Below, piece after piece: positions 8,354-13,343 of a DNA stretch of 13,343 nt. The DNA lies in assembly GCA_031414955.1 (NCBI GenBank), contig JANOQV010000243.1, forward strand, positions 1-13,343, in the 5' to 3' direction. The first letter of the stretch is position 1, and each line of letters opens with the position of its first letter. This stretch comes from Pedosphaera sp. (GTDB lineage: Bacteria; Verrucomicrobiota; Verrucomicrobiia; Limisphaerales; SIBH01). The notes beneath the pieces were generated by a model that saw only the letters and a program-made list of their open reading frames with translations, made no database searches and was not told the origin of the DNA. Both the position numbers and the translations under genes were made by a program.

Positions 8354-8423
8354 AGAATGGAGAGACGGTCCGCCCGGCGTCAAGCGAGCGTCGCTTGATC
8401 TTCCCGGCTTGTTCCCGCAGTTT
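8354..8423. promoter_or_regulatory. Back-to-back divergent sigma70-like promoters with a central palindrome
   Basis: Minus strand: TTGACG (8383-8378)-18-CATTCT (8359-8354)-7 nt-ATG. Plus strand: TTGATC (8395-8400)-17-CAGTTT (8418-8423)-6 nt-GTG. Perfect inverted repeat TCAAGCGA-gcg-TCGCTTGA at 8380-8398. Confidence 0.55.
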
Positions 8424-8429
8424 CCGCGC

Positions 8430-8972
8430 GTGAAAACTGTTCCGCTCCTGCTCGCAACCCTGGCCGTCGCGCTGGCCGGATGCCATGATCCGAAATCGAC
8501 CACGACCAATCAGACCAACGCAAACGTGGCTCCGCCAAGCCTCGCGCCGCCTTATCTCCCCCAGGCCCAGCCGCGCCTCCAAACGATCAAGCTCTTCGTC
8601 GGCGGGAAGGAATTGACCACGGAACTGGCCGTGCGGCCGGTCGAGATTTACACCGGCATGATGTGGCGCACGAACCTGCCGGAGCACGAGGCCATGCTCT
8701 TCGTTTTTCCCAGCGCCGAACCGCGTTCCTTCTACATGCGCAATACCTACGTGCCACTCTCGCTGGCCTACATCAGCCCGGACGGTGTGATCCAGGAACT
8801 GCACGACTTGCACCCGCTCAACGAGAACTCGACGCCCTCACAGGCGGACAACATCCAGTACGTTCTCGAAGTGCCGCAGGGTTGGTTCCAGCGGCACAGT
8901 ATCGCCCCAGGCACTTTGCTGCGCACGCCGCGTGGTGATTTGCGCCAGAGTTTTTTCGCCCCGCGCCAATGA
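8430..8972 (+). CDS. DUF192 (UPF0127) domain lipoprotein
   Basis: GTG start at 8430 gives MKTVPLLLATLAVALAGC (lipobox LAGC). Motifs ELA, GMMWR, MLFVF, FYMRNTYVPLSLAYI and YVLEVPQG. Confidence 0.92.
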   Translation: MKTVPLLLATLAVALAGCHDPKSTTTNQTNANVAPPSLAPPYLPQAQPRLQTIKLFVGGKELTTELAVRPVEIYTGMMWRTNLPEHEAMLFVFPSAEPRSFYMRNTYVPLSLAYISPDGVIQELHDLHPLNENSTPSQADNIQYVLEVPQGWFQRHSIAPGTLLRTPRGDLRQSFFAPRQ

Positions 8973-10375
8973 GCCGACCCACCGACATGCGGGTGGTCGC
9001 GGCGCGGCTGCACTTTCTCCCGGTCGTCACGCGGGTGCCGTTGAAGTTCGGCACCGAGACCACCACTGCGGTGACCTGCGCCCGAGTGTGCCTCACGGTC
9101 GAGGGCCACGAAGGCCGTCGAGCCGAGGGCTGGGGCGAAACACCACTCAGCGTGCAATGGGTCTGGCCTTCGAAGCTCACTTACGCCGAGCGCCACGAGC
9201 GGCTGAAACAGTTTTGCGTGCGGCTGGCGCGCGCGTGGGTGCAGTTCGATTCGGTTGGTCACGCCTTTGAAGTCGGCGCGGACTTTCAGGAACACGAACT
9301 GGAGAAGCTGCTCCGGCAGAGCAACGAGGGCGCGGCGGAACCGATGCCGTGGCTGGCCGCGCTGGTCTGCCTCTCGCTCTTCGACCTCGCGCTGCATGAC
9401 GCCTTTGGGCAACTGCATGAGCGTCCGGTCTATTCGACTTACACGGGAGAATTCATGTCGCGTGATCTCGCGGCGTATCTGGTGCCAGCCCAGGAGGCGG
9501 ACGTGGTGTTTGATTTTAAGAATCGATTCCCGTCTGACTTTCTGATCGCCGATCCGCCCCAGCAGCTTCTCGCCTGGCATCTGGTCGGCGGTCTCGATCC
9601 GATGGACGCCTCTGCGCTCACGGGGGACGAGCCGGACGACGGCTATCCCGTGCTGCTGGGCGACTGGATTCGGCGCGATGGCCTGAAGTGTCTCAAGGTC
9701 AAGCTGCGCGGCAACGACCACGCGTGGGATTACGACCGGCTCAGCCGGGTGGGCGACATCGCCCGTGCGGAAGACGTGCCCAGGCTGACGGCGGACTTTA
9801 ATTGCACCGTCACCGAGCCGGCCTACGTGAACGAGATTCTTGACCGGCTTCAGCACGAAGCGCCCGACACCTTCGACCGCCTGCTCTACGTGGAGCAGCC
9901 CTTTCCGTACGAATTGGAGGAATTCCCCATTGATGTCCACAGCGTCTCCCGCCGCAAACCGCTCTTCCTCGACGAGAGCGCGCACAACTGGAAGCTCGTG
10001 CGCCGCGGGCGCGAACTCGGCTGGACCGGGGTGGCGCTCAAGACTTGCAAGACGCAGACCGGCGCGATTCTCACCGCCTGCTGGGCCAAGGCGCACGGCA
10101 TGCAATTGATGGTGCAAGATCTAACAAATCCGATGCTGGCGCAGATTCCCCATGTGCTGCTCGCCGCCCACGTCGGCACCATCGCCGGCGTCGAAACCAA
10201 CGCCATGCAGTTCTATCCAGATGCGTCCCAGGCGGAAGAGCTCGTGCATCCCGGACTCTATAGGCGTCGCCGTGGGATGGTGGATTTCTCGACCTTGCGT
10301 GGCCCGGGTTTTGGCTATCGGTTGATGGAGATGAAACGCGAATTGCCCGAACCAGTCGCAGAATTCGGGAAGTAA
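8969..10375 (+). CDS. Enolase superfamily enzyme (mandelate racemase/muconate lactonizing enzyme-like), substrate unknown
   Basis: EGWGE in the capping domain, FDLALHD, KxK (LKVKLRG), metal-ligand strands ADFN, VEQP and LDES, and a second Lys in ALKTCK. ATGA overlap with the DUF192 gene. Confidence 0.9.
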   Translation: MSRPTDMRVVAARLHFLPVVTRVPLKFGTETTTAVTCARVCLTVEGHEGRRAEGWGETPLSVQWVWPSKLTYAERHERLKQFCVRLARAWVQFDSVGHAFEVGADFQEHELEKLLRQSNEGAAEPMPWLAALVCLSLFDLALHDAFGQLHERPVYSTYTGEFMSRDLAAYLVPAQEADVVFDFKNRFPSDFLIADPPQQLLAWHLVGGLDPMDASALTGDEPDDGYPVLLGDWIRRDGLKCLKVKLRGNDHAWDYDRLSRVGDIARAEDVPRLTADFNCTVTEPAYVNEILDRLQHEAPDTFDRLLYVEQPFPYELEEFPIDVHSVSRRKPLFLDESAHNWKLVRRGRELGWTGVALKTCKTQTGAILTACWAKAHGMQLMVQDLTNPMLAQIPHVLLAAHVGTIAGVETNAMQFYPDASQAEELVHPGLYRRRRGMVDFSTLRGPGFGYRLMEMKRELPEPVAEFGK

Positions 10376-10440
10376 CCAGTAAACGGTGGCTGCGATTAAC
10401 CCACCGAGCCGACTGATTCCTGACGCACTGTTTACTTCCC
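10367..10440. repeat. Imperfect inverted repeat / stem-loop at the 3' end of the enolase-family gene
   Basis: gggaagtaaccagt (10367-10380) pairs with actgtttacttccc (10427-10440) at 13 of 14. Inner stem cggtgg (10384-10389)/ccaccg (10401-10406). Confidence 0.7.
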
Positions 10441-10503
10441 CTGCGTTTCGCCTGAATCCCAACCGCAACCGCCCAGTCGAACCGGTGTTCATTCCAGAAT
10501 CCT

Positions 10504-11550
10504 ATGAAAAGCGAATCCGGGTCCGCCTTGCAGAAAGCCATTTTTATCGTGCTGCTGCTTGTTCTGGGTTGCCTCGCCTACCTGGTGATGCGCGAGCATA
10601 ACCGCAGCGAACCAGGCCCCGCCGAGTTCCACGAAGCCACCGCTCCGGCGGCCGGCCCGATGAATCCGCCCGGCTCGACCGAAGCGCCGACCACATCCCC
10701 GGCCCGTCCGACCTACGCTCCGCTGCGCCCACGCGTCGAAACCAATCTCGTGCGCGTGGTGACCAACCGCGTGCCAGTGGTGTTGCGAACGAATTTGCCG
10801 GCGGTGACGGAGACTGAAACTCCGGGCGGGCCGGTTCGGGGTATTTTCCCCGGCGCGGTTGTGGTGCCGGTTGCCTACGCGTCGGGCGCCACGCCTGGCT
10901 CGCCGGGCACTTCCGTTTACGGCCGGGCCACGTTGCGCGGCGTGCCGCCACCGGAGAAAAGCATCCCGCTCGACGCAGCTTGTGGTCGCCTGACGACCGC
11001 GCCGATCACGACCCGACATTACGTCGTCAATCCGGAGGGCGGTCTGGCCAATGTGTTCGTTTACATCAAGACCGGAGCGATCAAGGCGGGACCGCAGGAC
11101 GCCGTGCCGGTTTTGGACAATGTGAAATGCGAGTTCCAACCCTACGTGCTGGGCGTACGCGTCGGCCAGCCGTTCAACATACGCAACTCCGATCCGGTGC
11201 TGCATAATGCTCACCTCATGCCCAAACCGGGCGGTGGTAATCGGGAGTCGAACATTGGCCTGCCGCTCCAGAACATGGCCGTCACCCGAGTGTTCGATCA
11301 GCCGGAGGTCTTCGTAAAAGTGAAATGCGATGTGCATCCGTGGATGTTTGCCTACCTCGGCGTGGTGGATCATCCGTGGTTCGCGGTCACTGATATGGGC
11401 GGTAATTTTACGCTGCCAGTGGGATTGCCAGCCGGTCAGTACACCCTGGCCGCAGTGCATCTGAAGTCCGGCGAACTCGCCCAGCCGATCACCGTGGGCG
11501 GCGGCAGCCTTCCGCCCGTGAGTTTTGTCTTCGACGTGCCCCAGCCCTGA
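10504..11550 (+). CDS. Membrane-anchored protein with a Pro/Thr-rich linker and a cupredoxin-like / carboxypeptidase-regulatory-like beta domain
   Basis: Transmembrane segment AIFIVLLLVLGCLAYLVM and a P/T-rich stalk. Motifs GGLANVFVYI, LDNVKCEFQP, NSDPVLHNAH, KCDVHPWM and HPWFAVTD..GNFTL...PAGQYTL. Confidence 0.8.
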   Translation: MKSESGSALQKAIFIVLLLVLGCLAYLVMREHNRSEPGPAEFHEATAPAAGPMNPPGSTEAPTTSPARPTYAPLRPRVETNLVRVVTNRVPVVLRTNLPAVTETETPGGPVRGIFPGAVVVPVAYASGATPGSPGTSVYGRATLRGVPPPEKSIPLDAACGRLTTAPITTRHYVVNPEGGLANVFVYIKTGAIKAGPQDAVPVLDNVKCEFQPYVLGVRVGQPFNIRNSDPVLHNAHLMPKPGGGNRESNIGLPLQNMAVTRVFDQPEVFVKVKCDVHPWMFAYLGVVDHPWFAVTDMGGNFTLPVGLPAGQYTLAAVHLKSGELAQPITVGGGSLPPVSFVFDVPQP

Positions 11551-11566
11551 CCCAAGACGCCTTGAG

Positions 11567-12034
11567 TCAGCGGCACGCCGCGCGGCAGGCCCGGTAGCCG
11601 AGGAAGATCGAAACCATCGCCCAGGCGTGCAGGGCCAGGTTCAGCCACATGGAGAGCAGTGCGGTCAGAATCGTGTCGAGTCCGAGGAGAAGCATCCCGA
11701 CCAGGAAGGCCCAGCCGTGGCGCTTGCCAGCGAAATAGCCAAACCCTGCGATCAAACCGGCGAGAGCGATGTTGATGGCGATGTGCATGAGCATCGCCGA
11801 GCCTCCGACCTCTTTGGCTGCTGCGTCGCGAATCACCGTGACCGCCAGCCCCAGGGCGAAACTGAAGCTGGCATTGGCATAGACCAGGATGGAGTTGATG
11901 ATTGAAAACGCAGCGATCCAATAGAACCAACTCGCGCCGCCTTTGATGCGGTGGTGCAGGCTCGGGTCGGTGGCGGCCAGGGTCACAGGCTGCAGCGCGG
12001 GAGCGCCGGCGGCATTCTTGTCGGTTGGTTCCAT
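11567..12034 (-). CDS. Hypothetical multi-pass membrane protein (155 aa)
   Basis: ATG at 12034 (MEPTDKN) inside the 550-aa track ORF. Only this part looks like a real protein: GASWFYWIAAFSIINS plus four to five hydrophobic segments. Confidence 0.8.
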   Translation of the reverse strand: MEPTDKNAAGAPALQPVTLAATDPSLHHRIKGGASWFYWIAAFSIINSILVYANASFSFALGLAVTVIRDAAAKEVGGSAMLMHIAINIALAGLIAGFGYFAGKRHGWAFLVGMLLLGLDTILTALLSMWLNLALHAWAMVSIFLGYRACRAACR

Positions 12035-12183
12035 AAGTTGACCGGGACCGTGCCAGAGCTGGCCATGCGGCTCAATGCCAAATCCCGTCCCGAGCCAGGA
12101 GCGGGTGCATTTTGACCCTGTTCTTAAAGCGCGACCTTCAAGCCATGTCGTTACCCCCATCTTGGCAGAGGTTTCACGATACT

Positions 12184-12219
12184 CCCCAACTGGTGGGTTG
12201 AACCCAGCCGCTCTGCGGC
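12184..12219. other. Candidate element terminus / recombination site: integron-like simple site overlapping an IS91-like GTTC and hairpin
   Basis: Plus strand CCCCAAC-tggtgg-GTTGAAC (12184-12203), minus strand GTTCAAC-ccacca-GTTGGGG. Adjacent hairpin gccgc-tct-gcggc (12207-12219). Palindrome tgggtt-g-aaccca (12194-12206). Confidence 0.55.
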
Positions 12220-12325
12220 GGACCTGACGGTTTTCGTTTCGTCCTCTCGTTTTCATCGCGCCGGGCGGTCGTGAGTTTTTTCCGGCGGTGGTCGTGGCCC
12301 GCACGCGTGGGCACGCTCGCCGCCT

Positions 12326-13234
12326 ATGATTAACTCGCCCTCTCTCGCCAAGTTTGCCGCCTTTGTCGAACTCAAAGACTTCCGGCCGCCCACCAAAAAA
12401 GAATACCTCCGCTACCTGCGCAAGCTCGGCGAACATTACGCCTGCGATCCAGCCGCGCTCTCCGAGGATCAGTTGCGCGCCTACTTCCTCTTTCTCCGCC
12501 AGGAAAAAAAGTTTGGTGGCTCGGCCATGAAGCTGGCCCGCTGCGCCCTGCGCGCCTTCTTCCGCGACTGCCTCCACGTCACCGGCTGGACGGTCTTCGA
12601 GGAGGTGCGCGTGGCCCCGCCGCAGACGCTCCCGCTCGTGCTCACGCGCGAACAGGTCGCCGCGTTGCTCGGCACCTTGCGCGAACCCCGCTACCGCGCG
12701 GCGCTCACGCTCATCTATCACACCGGGTTGCGCGTGGGCGAGGCGGTGCGGATCGAGCTGCGCGATCTCAGGGACACGCACGGTGAACATCCGCGTCTGC
12801 ATGTGCGCTGCGGCAAGGGCGGCAAGGATCGCTTCGTGCCGCTCGCCCCCGCGATGGTGACGCAACTGCGCGCCTGGTGGCAGACGCACCGCCATCCGCA
12901 ATGGCTTTTCCCCGGCCCGACCAGCGGCTGGCGCGAGCGCGCGCAACCGGCCGACGCCGCCGCACGCGCGGCCTCGCACCTCTCGGTCTCCGCCGTGCAA
13001 AACACCTTCCGCCTCGCGCGCGCGCAGAGCGGTCTGCCCGTCGAGGCCACGGTCCACACCCTGCGTCATTGCTACGCCACGCACTTGCTGGAGGAAGGCG
13101 TCTCGCTGCGGCTCATCTCCCAATACCTCGGTCACGCCTCGCTCGAGACCACGGTGATTTACACCCACCTCACGCCACTGAACGAGGCCCGGACCCGGGC
13201 CGCGCTCGAGGTGTTGCACCGCGCCGTGGCGTGA
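12326..13234 (+). CDS. Tyrosine recombinase / site-specific integrase with an N-terminal SAM-like domain
   Basis: Full catalytic set: YHTGLRVGEA (R), GKGGKDR (K), HTLRH (HxxR), LGH and TTVIYTH (Y). LPLVLTREQV linker. N-terminal T.K.Y...LRAY pattern. Confidence 0.96.
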   Translation: MINSPSLAKFAAFVELKDFRPPTKKEYLRYLRKLGEHYACDPAALSEDQLRAYFLFLRQEKKFGGSAMKLARCALRAFFRDCLHVTGWTVFEEVRVAPPQTLPLVLTREQVAALLGTLREPRYRAALTLIYHTGLRVGEAVRIELRDLRDTHGEHPRLHVRCGKGGKDRFVPLAPAMVTQLRAWWQTHRHPQWLFPGPTSGWRERAQPADAAARAASHLSVSAVQNTFRLARAQSGLPVEATVHTLRHCYATHLLEEGVSLRLISQYLGHASLETTVIYTHLTPLNEARTRAALEVLHRAVA

Positions 13235-13343
13235 TCCGGCTGGCCGACATTCTGGTCGCGCACTGGCCGGAGTACGTGGCGCAGTTCGGCGCGGCGATCC
13301 CCGACGAGCAGCGCGCGGCGGTGCGCGCCATCCGCCGCTGCCG
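13231..13343 (+). CDS. IS91-family (rolling-circle) transposase, N-terminal fragment cut off by the window edge
   Basis: Not in the ORF track. GTG at 13231 overlaps the integrase TGA and reads MIRLADILVAHWPEYVAQFGAAIPDEQRAAVRAIRRCR. This fits the LADI....Y....Q..A..AI..CR(T) start of the IS91 transposase zinc-binding domain. Only 37 codons are visible. Confidence 0.75.
   Translation, partial: MIRLADILVAHWPEYVAQFGAAIPDEQRAAVRAIRRC

Larger units (their letters stand above)
12184..13343 (+). mobile_element. IS91-like element carrying a tyrosine recombinase (left portion only, runs off the window)
   Basis: A tyrosine recombinase coupled by a GTGA overlap to an IS91-type transposase N-terminus, with a candidate terminus upstream. 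The exact left boundary (between about 12188 and 12200) is uncertain. Confidence 0.75.

Noticed and set aside
138..11460. Long alternative ORFs such as 138-1349(-), 4900-6069(-), 6037-7488(+), 8768-10117(-) and 10489-11460(-)
   Set aside because: They are antisense shadows of genes with clear family motifs and have no motifs of their own.
12040..12081. Possible sigma54 promoters on the minus strand (TGGCAC, TGGCAT)
   Set aside because: The GC of the -12 box is absent in one and displaced by one base in the other, and sigma54 spacing is strict.
11567..13219. 550-aa minus-strand ORF spanning the integrase antisense, the element end and the membrane protein
   Set aside because: The first 395 codons are antisense to the integrase or non-coding and show no protein features. 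Only 12034-11567 looks real. Long open antisense frames are common in GC-rich DNA.
11551..13234. Classical integron with the membrane gene as its first cassette
   Set aside because: The integrase lacks the IntI-specific insertion. The gene starts about 150 bp from the GTT site and has its own candidate promoter. Only 16 bp separate its stop from the convergent gene, leaving no room for an attC.
4788..13343. Genomic island integrated at tRNA-Arg and served by the integrase
   Set aside because: I saw no duplicate of the tRNA 3' end in the window. The intervening genes look like ordinary chromosomal genes, and the integrase is better explained by its coupled IS91-like partner.
1..13343. CRISPR array or other long direct-repeat array
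   Set aside because: No regularly spaced direct repeats of 23-50 bp were seen. The repeats found are inverted pairs or short heptamers.

Overview
GC-rich bacterial DNA. The gene content (an [10 protein letters not shown] pilin-like gene, a long secreted alpha/beta hydrolase, heptamer and REP-like repeats) suggests Verrucomicrobiota or another PVC lineage, which is an inference. From left to right: the 3' part of trpA coupled to a mannose-1-phosphate guanylyltransferase; a minus-strand cluster (YqgE/AlgH, a membrane-anchored hypothetical protein, a prepilin-type protein, an ABC ATPase with no permease); tRNA-Arg(ACG); a TVP38/DedA protein; a three-level nest of palindromic elements (5860-6142); a secreted alpha/beta hydrolase divergent from a DUF192 lipoprotein and an enolase-superfamily enzyme; a membrane-anchored protein with an amicyanin-type copper loop; and a small membrane protein. 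The right end holds the best candidate for an unusual system. A tyrosine recombinase is translationally coupled to an IS91-like rolling-circle transposase that is cut off by the window edge. About 120 bp upstream, an IS91-type GTTC plus hairpin overlaps an integron-like simple site (RYYYAAC-N6-GTT). All calls come from reading motifs by eye; no searches were run.
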